Below are positions 39,909-49,459 of a stretch of 64,000 bases of DNA, one piece after another. The stretch spans positions 8,643-72,642 of the forward strand of contig JANYJP010000052.1 in assembly GCA_025358455.1 (NCBI GenBank). Direction: 5' to 3'. The DNA comes from Bacteroidales bacterium. GTDB lineage: Bacteria; Bacteroidota; Bacteroidia; Bacteroidales; VadinHA17. Below the pieces are notes generated by a model, which was not told the DNA's origin, did no database searches, and saw nothing but the letters and a program-made list of their open reading frames with translations. Both the position numbers and the translations under genes were made by a program. The stretch's first letter is position 1, and every line of letters starts with the position of its first letter.

Positions 39909-40851
39909 TTTTAGTGCCGTATACTATATTTATGCTTGCAGGAATAATATTGAATTCTGCCGGAGTATGGCCAAGTGATTCTCCATCTGCTTCAGTGTAA
40001 ATCAAAGAACCAGAACTGACTTTAATATTTTTGCACCTGTAACCATTTATTTTGGGATGGCTGAGAATTGTTCCATCATATAATATTTTCAGATTCCTCA
40101 TAATCTCGAATTTACCCATTCCACTTATTATTGTTACATCCAGTAATCCATCATCAGGGATGGCGTTGGGTGTCTGTCTCATTCCTCCCCCGCAGTATCT
40201 TCCATTTCCAATGTTGACTGAAAATACATTTGCTTTGATTTTCTCCCCATCAACAGTAATGTCCGCATTTGTATTTTTATAGGATAAGAGACTCATAAGC
40301 AGGTTATATAAATAGAGTAATTTACCGCTGCGTCCCTTATCCTTCTGAATATTAGTCCGGCGTACTACCACCGATTCAAATCCAAGTCCTGCAATATTTA
40401 TGAAATATCTCTCTTTCTTTTCTGAACCATCAAAATAGCTGACTAGTCCGACATCGTGGAACATTCGTTTATTTTCAACAATGATCCTGATTGCTTTCTC
40501 ATAATCAAGTGGAATTCCAAACATTCTTCCCCAATCATTGCCGGTACCAACAGGAATTAATGCGAGTGAAATATCTGTACCCTTGCAAATATTATTCAAA
40601 AAAACACCGTTTACAACTTCATTAAGAGTTCCATCACCACCAACAGTTATTATTTTCCGGAAGCCTTCTGAAATGCCTGTCAGAGTAAACTCTATCGCAT
40701 GACCTTTTCTTTCTGTAAACTTTACTATAGATGTTAATCCCTGCTGTTTAAGAAGAGAGGAAATGTTTTCCCAGTCTTTCTTCCCTTTTCCGTTTCCGGC
40801 ATTCGGGTTAACGATTACCAGCCATTCAGGGTGATCGGAATATTGGTTCAT
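39898..40851 (-). CDS. Diacylglycerol kinase family (YegS/DAGK) lipid kinase
   Basis: VNPNAGNG, GGDGTLNEV, GTGND, NGRYCGGG, DGE. Confidence 0.92.
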   Translation of the reverse strand: MNQYSDHPEWLVIVNPNAGNGKGKKDWENISSLLKQQGLTSIVKFTERKGHAIEFTLTGISEGFRKIITVGGDGTLNEVVNGVFLNNICKGTDISLALIPVGTGNDWGRMFGIPLDYEKAIRIIVENKRMFHDVGLVSYFDGSEKKERYFINIAGLGFESVVVRRTNIQKDKGRSGKLLYLYNLLMSLLSYKNTNADITVDGEKIKANVFSVNIGNGRYCGGGMRQTPNAIPDDGLLDVTIISGMGKFEIMRNLKILYDGTILSHPKINGYRCKNIKVSSGSLIYTEADGESLGHTPAEFNIIPASINIVYGTKIIQ

Positions 40852-41179
40852 ATGTCGGATTTGCATTTAGGCAGACAAAGATGGAAATAAATAGATTAAT
40901 TATTAATAATTCTATTTATTATCATATTAATGATCTCATTGTGAGCCATGATACAATCAAATTTGAGGTTGTTACAGAGAATTGGCAGAATGACTGTAAT
41001 AGTGATATGTATCATATTATCAGGACGATATGTTTTTAAAGAGAAATTATTTATTGTTAATAACGTGTTGAAAACCGTAAAAAAAATGTTTACAATTACA
41101 TCTTTTACTTCCGGTAGCAATAGTGCATAAATAGTAAATTTGAAGCTCAAAATGTAACTCATATTATTATAGAGACGAG

Positions 41180-41962
41180 ATGGGAAGGATTATAGCAATA
41201 GCAAATCAGAAAGGTGGAGTAGGAAAGACTACAACAGCAATAAATCTTGCAGCGAGTCTTGCAGCTCTTGAAAAAAAGGTGCTGATTGTTGATGGTGATC
41301 CACAGGCAAATGCAACATCGGGGATAGGAATTGATACACGACAGATAAGGAGTACAATATACGATTGCCTGATCGATGGTAAAGAACCGGTAGATGCATT
41401 AATGGCGTGTGGCGTGGAAAACCTTTCAATAATTCCATCAAATATAGATCTGGTAGGCGCTGAAATTGAGATGCTTGACAGGCCTGAGAGAGAAAAGATA
41501 CTTAAAGTAGTACTTAAAAAGATCGAGGGAGATTATGATTATATCCTGATTGATTGTTCTCCTTCACTGGGGCTGCTTACCGTTAATGCACTTACTGCAG
41601 CGCATTCTGTAATTATACCGGTTCAGTGTGAATATTTTGCTCTTGAAGGTCTTGGTAAGCTGCTGAATACAATAAAAATTATTCAGAATAACCTTAATCC
41701 GGAACTAGAGATCGAGGGATTTCTGTTAACAATGTATGATGCACGGTTAAGATTATCAAACCAGGTTGCTGATGAAGTTAATAAACACTTCCAGCAGATG
41801 GTATTTAAAACAATTATCCAGAGGAATGTTAAACTCTCTGAAGCCCCGAGTTTTGGTCAGCCAGCCATTCTTTATGATGTTGATTCAAGAGGTACCATCA
41901 ATTATCTTAATCTTGCAAAAGAGCTGATTGAGAAACAGTCTGAGAGAGAAAAGAAATTGTAA
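41180..41962 (+). CDS. parA: Chromosome partitioning ATPase ParA/Soj
   Basis: [43 protein letters not shown]. Confidence 0.97.
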   Translation: MGRIIAIANQKGGVGKTTTAINLAASLAALEKKVLIVDGDPQANATSGIGIDTRQIRSTIYDCLIDGKEPVDALMACGVENLSIIPSNIDLVGAEIEMLDRPEREKILKVVLKKIEGDYDYILIDCSPSLGLLTVNALTAAHSVIIPVQCEYFALEGLGKLLNTIKIIQNNLNPELEIEGFLLTMYDARLRLSNQVADEVNKHFQQMVFKTIIQRNVKLSEAPSFGQPAILYDVDSRGTINYLNLAKELIEKQSEREKKL

Positions 41963-41990
41963 CATAGAGTTTCAATTACCGGAAAAAGTT

Positions 41991-42884
41991 ATGAATATGA
42001 CAAAAAAATATGCGTTGGGAAGAGGTCTTGGTGCATTGATTGATGGTGTGGAGAAAGAAGTTCTTGAGAAAAAAGTTGAAGCCAACCTTGATATCTCTGT
42101 AGATTCAATAGAGGCTAATCCTTTTCAGCCAAGGACAAGCTTTGATGACAAGTCGCTTGAGGAACTTTCGGTATCAATAAAGAAACTTGGTATAGTTCAG
42201 CCACTTACAGTTCGTGAGGCTGGTCCCGGACATTATCAGCTAATAGCCGGAGAAAGACGACTCAGAGCAGCCCGTCTGGCGGGCCTCACTCATGTACCCG
42301 CATATGTCAGAACAGCTGATGATCAGGCTATGCTCGAATTGGCCCTGGTTGAAAATATTCAGCGTGAAGATCTCGATGCTGTTGAGGTAGCAATAAGTTT
42401 TCAGAGATTAATTGAGGAATGTAAACTCACACAGGAGCAATTGAGCGACAGGGTGGGCAAACAAAGGTCAACAGTTGCTAACTATCTCCGTCTGCTCAAA
42501 CTACCGGCCGAAATACAACTCGGAATAAAGAATAAGAACCTGATGATGGGGCACGCCCGGACCCTGGTAAATATTGATGATCCTAAGAAACAGATAAATA
42601 TCTATTATAAGATAATTGACGGGGAACTATCTGTTCGTCAGGCAGAAGACCTTGTAAGACAGCTTCAATCTGAAAAGACTAAAGATCCCGTAAAGGTAGA
42701 AAAGAAGAAAAAACTCAATGATGATTTTACACAATTGTCTGACCATTTAAATAAGATATTTTCAACTAAAGTTAACTTCAGGATAAACGAAAAAGGTCAG
42801 GGTAAAATAGTCATCGCATTTGAAAGCCCTGAAGAGATGGAGCGCATTTTAGGAGTATTTGATCGTCTTAACTCCTTAAAATAA
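41991..42884 (+). CDS. parB: Chromosome partitioning protein ParB/Spo0J
   Basis: LGRGLGAL, NPFQPR, AGERR.RA, ENIQREDL; start 41991 or 41997. Confidence 0.97.
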   Translation: MNMTKKYALGRGLGALIDGVEKEVLEKKVEANLDISVDSIEANPFQPRTSFDDKSLEELSVSIKKLGIVQPLTVREAGPGHYQLIAGERRLRAARLAGLTHVPAYVRTADDQAMLELALVENIQREDLDAVEVAISFQRLIEECKLTQEQLSDRVGKQRSTVANYLRLLKLPAEIQLGIKNKNLMMGHARTLVNIDDPKKQINIYYKIIDGELSVRQAEDLVRQLQSEKTKDPVKVEKKKKLNDDFTQLSDHLNKIFSTKVNFRINEKGQGKIVIAFESPEEMERILGVFDRLNSLK

Positions 42885-42940
42885 TTATCTTTATCGCGCC
42901 GTTACATTGACCGGGGCTTTAATGCCGGCTGATTTTTATA

Positions 42941-43561
42941 TTGAAGACAATTCAAAAAATACTGATTATACTGATACTGACGCTACTTTGTGTTGAACAA
43001 AATAGTATTGCGCAGGATTCACTTCCTGTTGCCAAACATGTCAAACATAAGTTTCAGCCAGACCCGCTTAAAGCTACCATGCTGGCAGTTGTTTTCCCTG
43101 GTCTCGGACAAATATATAACAGGTCATATTGGAAAATACCACTGGTATATGCAGGTTTTGGTGCGGTAATTTACACTGCCGGATTTAATGGGAAAAATTA
43201 TAATACCTATATGCAGGCTTACCAGGATTTTACAGATGCAAACCCGGCAACTGTCAGGTACATTAAATTAATTAAAGCTGATCCGGCCTCTTATGATCCT
43301 GTTGCACATCCTGAAACTTATTCTTCTTATAAGGACCAGATGATACGAATGGTCGATTATTATAAGAGATATCGGGATCTTTCGTATATTGGCATTTCTG
43401 TATGGTATCTTGTGTCGGTAATAGATGCAAATGTAGATGCGAGTCTTTTTAATTATGATATAGGTGATAATCTTGATGTTGCAATCCTTCCTGTACAAAT
43501 GTCTCTTCCCGGAGGGTACATGGGGACCGGAATAAGTGTGAGTTTGAAAATGACTTTTTAA
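42941..43561 (+). CDS. DUF5683-like membrane protein
   Basis: P.KA...A.VFPGLGQIYN..YWKIP and IDA.VDA; typical Bacteroidota parB neighbour. Confidence 0.75.
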   Translation: MKTIQKILIILILTLLCVEQNSIAQDSLPVAKHVKHKFQPDPLKATMLAVVFPGLGQIYNRSYWKIPLVYAGFGAVIYTAGFNGKNYNTYMQAYQDFTDANPATVRYIKLIKADPASYDPVAHPETYSSYKDQMIRMVDYYKRYRDLSYIGISVWYLVSVIDANVDASLFNYDIGDNLDVAILPVQMSLPGGYMGTGISVSLKMTF

Positions 43562-43575
43562 AAAATTAATTAATT

Positions 43576-45123
43576 ATGAGATTAAATGCAATACTGGTAA
43601 CTTTCTTATTCACCGTTCTAAGTGTAAATGCAGCCGCGGTTAATGACACTATTATAATCAGATCAGATAATAATATTGACAGGATTACCAATGATCTCGA
43701 CAGCCTGATAAGTACCTGGTATGTGAAATTGGCTATTAAAAATAATCTTGAGGTAAACGAGAACGACTCAATAGGATTAATATATCCTGATTCTGTATAT
43801 TCCAGCAGATTAAGCAAAATAAATTCCATAATAAGCTTACCTTTTAATAACATCATCAGGAACCATATTCATGTTTACACTGTCAGGCAGAGAGAAAAAT
43901 TCTGTGCAGTGCTTGGACTAAAGGATTATTACTTCCCTATGATAGAAGATGTGTTTGACGCTTATGGACTCCCGGCTGAATTAAAGTATATGGCAGTGAT
44001 TGAATCGGCACTTAATCCAAATGTAACCAACAGGAGATCAGGAGCTACAGGTATGTGGCAGTTCATGTACAGTACCGGACGGATGTACGGACTCACTATC
44101 AACTCGATTGTTGATGAGCGGAAAGATCCGTTAAAAGCGACACATGCGGCTGCTAAATATCTTAAGGATCTTTACAGTATTTATAATGACTGGGTACTGG
44201 TTATCGCTGCATACAATTGTGGTCCGGGGAATGTAAATAAGGCAATAAAAAGATCAGGAAATAAGAAAGATTACTGGGATATATACTACAGGCTTCCAAG
44301 GGAAACCAGAGGATACATACCGCAATATATTGCTGCAGCATATGCAGTTACTTATTCTGCCGAGCATAATTTAAAACCGTTGCAATTGAATATTCCTGTT
44401 GCAACCGACACGATAATGGTGAATAAAGACATTCATCTGAGTCAGATATCGGAAGTGATGAGAATTCCTTTGGGTGAACTTCGAGCCTTGAATCCACAAT
44501 ACAAGACAGGTCTGATTCCGGGTTCTTCAAAACCATACGCGTTAACCCTTCCAATGAACCATCTGGGAGATTTCATTGATCTGAATGATACAATAAGAAA
44601 CTATAAACCGGATGTTTATCTTAGCCGGGCAACAGTAATTGCAGACCCTACAAGATCTTCCTACCTTCCTGCTGAAGTAAAAGGTAAAACCAAACTTTTC
44701 TATACCGTGCAGGATGGTGATAATATGGGTTTTATCTCTGCCTGGTACCGGGTAGGATTATCTGACCTGAGGTATTGGAATAACATAAACCGGAATAGTA
44801 TAAGAGTAGGACAGCGACTGGTAATTTATGTTGAACCTTCAAAATCGGTATACTATTCAAACATAAGTACTATGTCGTTTGATGATAAACAAGCGATGGT
44901 GGGAAAGACTGTACCTGCCAATACTCAGACTATGCTGGCCAAGGCGCCGGTTGAATCAGAGGGTGAATTTGACACCTATACTGTGCAGCCTGGTGATACT
45001 ATCTGGGACATTGTTAAGATGTTCGATAATGTTACAACCAGTCAGGTCTTAACACTGAATAGTATATCCGATCCGGGGAAAATAAAGGTTGGGCAGAAGC
45101 TGAAGATCAGGAAGAAAAGCTGA
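43576..45123 (+). CDS. MltD-like lytic transglycosylase with two LysM domains
   Basis: IES (catalytic Glu), GMWQFM, AAYN.G, ETRGY; YTVQDGD and YTVQPGDT LysM repeats. Confidence 0.92.
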   Translation: MRLNAILVTFLFTVLSVNAAAVNDTIIIRSDNNIDRITNDLDSLISTWYVKLAIKNNLEVNENDSIGLIYPDSVYSSRLSKINSIISLPFNNIIRNHIHVYTVRQREKFCAVLGLKDYYFPMIEDVFDAYGLPAELKYMAVIESALNPNVTNRRSGATGMWQFMYSTGRMYGLTINSIVDERKDPLKATHAAAKYLKDLYSIYNDWVLVIAAYNCGPGNVNKAIKRSGNKKDYWDIYYRLPRETRGYIPQYIAAAYAVTYSAEHNLKPLQLNIPVATDTIMVNKDIHLSQISEVMRIPLGELRALNPQYKTGLIPGSSKPYALTLPMNHLGDFIDLNDTIRNYKPDVYLSRATVIADPTRSSYLPAEVKGKTKLFYTVQDGDNMGFISAWYRVGLSDLRYWNNINRNSIRVGQRLVIYVEPSKSVYYSNISTMSFDDKQAMVGKTVPANTQTMLAKAPVESEGEFDTYTVQPGDTIWDIVKMFDNVTTSQVLTLNSISDPGKIKVGQKLKIRKKS

Positions 45124-45137
45124 TTCTTTTCTAATAT

Positions 45138-48125
45138 ATGCGCCCTATAAGGTCATTTTTATTATTATTGATCTTTCTGTCCTGTTTTACTGGTCTTCAT
45201 TATATTATTCCAGCAAATCAACTCTTCCCGTCAATTTATGAATTCCTTCCTGCTGATCTTATAAATAGCTTATTATCAGATGATAAGGCTAATCAGGTTA
45301 AAGAAACTGAACTTCCCTGCGATTCTATAAAGATTCCGATTCCTGATATTATTGTCCCATTAGATTCGGTTAAATCGGATAGTACGGATATCCCGGTAGA
45401 CCCCATGAAAGGATTTCTGGATTCACTCAGATATTCCCACGGCCAGGTGCGGATTATGTATTATGGTGATTCACAGATTGAAGGCGACCGGATAACTTCA
45501 TATCTTCGTCAGACTTTACGAAAAAAACTGGGAGGAACCGGTCCCGGACTATTTCTGCCTCTGATGCCAGTAATGTATACTAATACAATCTGGCTTAAAT
45601 CGTCTTCCAACTGGAAAAGGTATAATTATCTTTCATTTAAAACAGGTGAATTATCACATCGTGAACTTGGTCCATTTATGACTATTTGCCGTTATTTACC
45701 TGAAAATGAAGTATCAGCAGTACCGGTAAAGGCTTTCGTGAGGATCAGACCAAGTAATATGGCTGACAGTTCCGCTTCTGAATATGATTTTTTAAGAGTA
45801 TTCTATGGGAACACAAACGGTTTAGTAAATTTTATAGTTAAAACAGATGAAAAAGAGGTATTTGCAGATGCTCTGAAAAGGGGTAAAGGTTTAAATGAGA
45901 TCAACTGCCCTATTAATCATGGAACATCTGTGTCGATTGAATTTACAGGGAATGTGAGTCCTGATATTTACGGTATAAGTATCGAAAGCCGTAAAGGTTT
46001 GATACTTGACAATATTCCTCAGCGTGGTAGTGCAGGACTGGAATTCACAATGGTTGACAGAAAAAACCTGACCGAATCATACAAAATACTTGCTCCTGAT
46101 TTATTTATTCTTCACTATGGTCTGAACATAGTAAAAAATGTCAGAGACGATTATTCATATTATCAAAAAGGATTGAGCCGGCAGCTTGCACTCCTTAAAA
46201 AGATTTCACCTGAAACCCGGATACTTGTAATAAGTCTGACTGATATGGCTGTAAAAGAGGGTGACAGTATTAAGCCGTATCGAAATATCCCTTCAATAAT
46301 TGAAGCTCAGAGAAAAGCTACACTTGCAGCCGGTGTTACTTTCTGGGATTCATATGATGCTATGGGAGGCGGATCTTCAATTATCAGATGGGAAGAAAAG
46401 AAAACACCTCTTGCCCAGAAAGATTTTGTTCACTTTACCTATTCTGGTGCAGATAGCCTTTCAAAAATGCTGGTTGATGCGATGTTTGAGCAGAAAGAAA
46501 AGGTTCCTGTTAACAGAATCGAAAATAGTATTAATTCAGACAGTGCAATTCAGAAACAACCTGTTTCAATTGTACAGTCAAGTGCTGAAATTGAGAAGCC
46601 CGGCCTGATAAGGTCTCTTTACACTTCAATTTTTAAATATGATCCGGCAAAACCTCTGATCTTTTCAACTGCTGCCTTTTGGCTTTTCTTCCTGGTAGTA
46701 CTGGCCGGATACAGCCTGATTTATAAGAAGCTGTTTATAAGGAATTTCTATCTCTTCCTGGTAAGTCTCTTTTTTTATTATAAGTCAGGTGGCCTGTTTC
46801 TGTTTCTTCTGATTTTTGTAACACTCATTGATTTTACCTGTGGATTACTTATCCACAATTCAGGTAAAAAATTCATGAAACGATTTTTTATTCTTCTTAG
46901 TGTAATTTCAAATCTGGGGATACTTGCCTATTTTAAATATGCCGGTTTTTTTGTGAACTCAATTAATGATCTTTTTGGAACTGACCTTCAGGTTCATGAT
47001 TTCCTTGCGGCTTTTTCTAATTTCCATTTTGGTACATCATTTAATATAAGTACTATCATTCTTCCGGTGGGGATCTCCTTCTTCACTTTTCAGTCACTTA
47101 GTTATACACTTGATATATACAGGAAAAAGATAGCACCGGTAAGGAACATCATCGATTTTGGTTTTTACGTATCTTTTTTTCCACAGTTGGTTGCCGGACC
47201 AATTGTTAGGGCTTCTGAGTTTATACCGCAGTTATATAATGAGTTCCATGTAGGTAAGAGAGAATTCAGTCATGCCATGTTCCTTATATCCAAAGGACTT
47301 ATAAAAAAGATAATTATTTCCGATTTTATAGCCACTAACTTCATCGATCGTGTATTTGACGCACCCTCAATCTATTCAGGATTTGAAAACCTGATGGCTG
47401 TTTATGGATATGGCCTTCAGATTTATTGTGATTTTTCAGGATATACTGATATCGCTATCGGTTTAGGATTGATACTTGGATTCAGGTTACCGGTTAATTT
47501 CAATTCACCATATAAGGCTGCAAGTATTTCAGATTTTTGGAAACGGTGGCATATTTCTCTTTCACGTTGGTTAAAAGATTATCTCTACATTCCCCTTGGA
47601 GGCAACAGAAAAGGTAGAACCCGTACATATGTTAATCTTTTAATCACTATGTTACTTGGAGGGTTATGGCATGGCGCAGACCTGAGGTTTATTATATGGG
47701 GATTTTTACATGGAGCAGGGTTGGTAATTAACAGGATATGGAATTCAATTTTTGGAGAAAGGCAAAGATGGGGTTGGATAGGCAAGTCGATCTCTGTTTT
47801 CATTACTTTCCAGTTTGTAAGCTTTGCCTGGATATTTTTCAGAGCTCCCGATATGGCAAGCGTTAAAATTATGCTAAGCCAGATTAGTGAAAATTTTTCA
47901 CCCGGTTCATATATGACTGTTCTCCCGGCATACAGCGGTGTCTTTCTGCTTATGGCTGTAGGGTATATAATTCATTTTCTTCCGGAAAGAATTAAAGAGT
48001 CATACAGGGGCCTGTTTATCAGGATCCCTCTCTTTGCACAACTTGTTGTTTTAATGATAATAGCAGTACTGCTTTTTCAGATGAGATCAACAGAAACGCT
48101 GCCGTTTATTTACTTCAGATTTTGA
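45138..48125 (+). CDS. Fused SGNH hydrolase-like + MBOAT O-acyltransferase
   Basis: N-part: GDSQ, RG, GLN, DFVH. C-part: LPVGISFFTFQ, FFPQLVAGP, DFSGY, FWKRWHISL, GLWHG, terminal FIYFRF. Confidence 0.88.
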   Translation: MRPIRSFLLLLIFLSCFTGLHYIIPANQLFPSIYEFLPADLINSLLSDDKANQVKETELPCDSIKIPIPDIIVPLDSVKSDSTDIPVDPMKGFLDSLRYSHGQVRIMYYGDSQIEGDRITSYLRQTLRKKLGGTGPGLFLPLMPVMYTNTIWLKSSSNWKRYNYLSFKTGELSHRELGPFMTICRYLPENEVSAVPVKAFVRIRPSNMADSSASEYDFLRVFYGNTNGLVNFIVKTDEKEVFADALKRGKGLNEINCPINHGTSVSIEFTGNVSPDIYGISIESRKGLILDNIPQRGSAGLEFTMVDRKNLTESYKILAPDLFILHYGLNIVKNVRDDYSYYQKGLSRQLALLKKISPETRILVISLTDMAVKEGDSIKPYRNIPSIIEAQRKATLAAGVTFWDSYDAMGGGSSIIRWEEKKTPLAQKDFVHFTYSGADSLSKMLVDAMFEQKEKVPVNRIENSINSDSAIQKQPVSIVQSSAEIEKPGLIRSLYTSIFKYDPAKPLIFSTAAFWLFFLVVLAGYSLIYKKLFIRNFYLFLVSLFFYYKSGGLFLFLLIFVTLIDFTCGLLIHNSGKKFMKRFFILLSVISNLGILAYFKYAGFFVNSINDLFGTDLQVHDFLAAFSNFHFGTSFNISTIILPVGISFFTFQSLSYTLDIYRKKIAPVRNIIDFGFYVSFFPQLVAGPIVRASEFIPQLYNEFHVGKREFSHAMFLISKGLIKKIIISDFIATNFIDRVFDAPSIYSGFENLMAVYGYGLQIYCDFSGYTDIAIGLGLILGFRLPVNFNSPYKAASISDFWKRWHISLSRWLKDYLYIPLGGNRKGRTRTYVNLLITMLLGGLWHGADLRFIIWGFLHGAGLVINRIWNSIFGERQRWGWIGKSISVFITFQFVSFAWIFFRAPDMASVKIMLSQISENFSPGSYMTVLPAYSGVFLLMAVGYIIHFLPERIKESYRGLFIRIPLFAQLVVLMIIAVLLFQMRSTETLPFIYFRF

Positions 48126-48171
48126 GTGCTCTCTACACCCAGATCTTTGCTTGTAAATTCACATCGCCACG

Positions 48172-49401
48172 TTACAGATATACGTCTGCGTTTGCAGCTC
48201 CTTTAACAAACGGCGCTATAGCCCTGTTATAGATACCTTGAACATAGGCAATCGCCATACCGTAATTTGTAACAGGCACTCCTGCTTTAACAGCTAAACT
48301 CAATCTGTTATTAAGTTGTTTTCTTGTGATCATGCAGCCACCACATTGTATAACAAGGGAGTAGTCAGTTACAGGTCGTGGTAATAGATCCAGCCCGGCT
48401 ACTACATCATATTCAATTTTTTTGCCTGTGAAGTTAGTTATCCACCTTGGGATCTTGGTTCTTCCAATGTCATCGCATGAAACATGATGTGTACATGACT
48501 CAAGAAGAAGTACCCTGTCGCCATCTTTTAGCTCAGATATTTTAGGTGTCCCCTTGAGGTAATTTTCGAAATCGCCTTTAAATCTGGCAAGCATAATGCT
48601 AAAGCTTGTAAGTGGAATATCTTTTGGAACAGAGGCATCCGCCTTCACAAACACCTGTGAATCAGTAATTGCAAGCACAGGTTTTATTTTTGTTTTCTTC
48701 AGGAAAGCGTCAACTTCCCTCTCTTTCAAAACGATTGCAATGGCTTCATTGTCGAGAATGTCTCTTATTGCCTGCACCTGAGGAAGGATTAAGCGTCCCT
48801 CGGGAGCTTCGATATCGATAGGAGTTATAAGGAGGACAATATCTCCATAGCTGATAAGATCTCCGAGTAGTTTTGCAGTTTTGTAGGAATGTTCAGGAAT
48901 TGTGTTCCGGACAAGGGAGATAAGCGCCTCATAATTTCGTTTATCAATAGAAGAAAACTCAAACAACTCACTACCGGTTATGGAAAAAACCTTATCCTTG
49001 AAATCCGATGTAGGCTCTTTGATATCTGATTTACTGTGAATTACAATAAATGGTATATCCTGAGAATGAAATTTCCTGATAAGTTCATCTTCATCATCTC
49101 CCCAGGAATTATTAGTTACGACCAGTAGGGCCAGATCGACTATGTCAAGTGTTCTTAAGGTCCTGTCCACTCTTTTTTGGCCAAGATCGCCAGAGTCGTC
49201 AATTCCGGCAGTATCGACAAGAATTACCGGACCAAACCCTGTGATCTCAAATGATTTCTTTACTGGATCTGTCGTAGTCCCGGCATGATCAGATACAATA
49301 GCAATATCCTGCCCCGCGAGGCAGTTTATAAGACTGCTCTTCCCGTTATTACGACGACCGTAAATGCCAATATGTGGTTTAGCCTCTCGTCCTTTTGTCA
49401 T
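48172..49401 (-). CDS. hydF: [FeFe]-hydrogenase H-cluster maturation GTPase
   Basis: GRRNNGKSS, GTTTDPV, DTAG, AP.GRLILPQ, ITDSQ, CTHH...QCGGC, TNYG. Confidence 0.95.
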   Translation of the reverse strand: MTKGREAKPHIGIYGRRNNGKSSLINCLAGQDIAIVSDHAGTTTDPVKKSFEITGFGPVILVDTAGIDDSGDLGQKRVDRTLRTLDIVDLALLVVTNNSWGDDEDELIRKFHSQDIPFIVIHSKSDIKEPTSDFKDKVFSITGSELFEFSSIDKRNYEALISLVRNTIPEHSYKTAKLLGDLISYGDIVLLITPIDIEAPEGRLILPQVQAIRDILDNEAIAIVLKEREVDAFLKKTKIKPVLAITDSQVFVKADASVPKDIPLTSFSIMLARFKGDFENYLKGTPKISELKDGDRVLLLESCTHHVSCDDIGRTKIPRWITNFTGKKIEYDVVAGLDLLPRPVTDYSLVIQCGGCMITRKQLNNRLSLAVKAGVPVTNYGMAIAYVQGIYNRAIAPFVKGAANADVYL

Positions 49402-49459
49402 ATTCTGAAGGAATTTGGTGCAAAATTAGCAAATATTAAACAGGAAAATCTGGAATTGG

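Noticed and set aside
40870-41179. oriC call
   Set aside because: Only two degenerate DnaA boxes, no parS palindrome spotted, and skew cannot be computed here.
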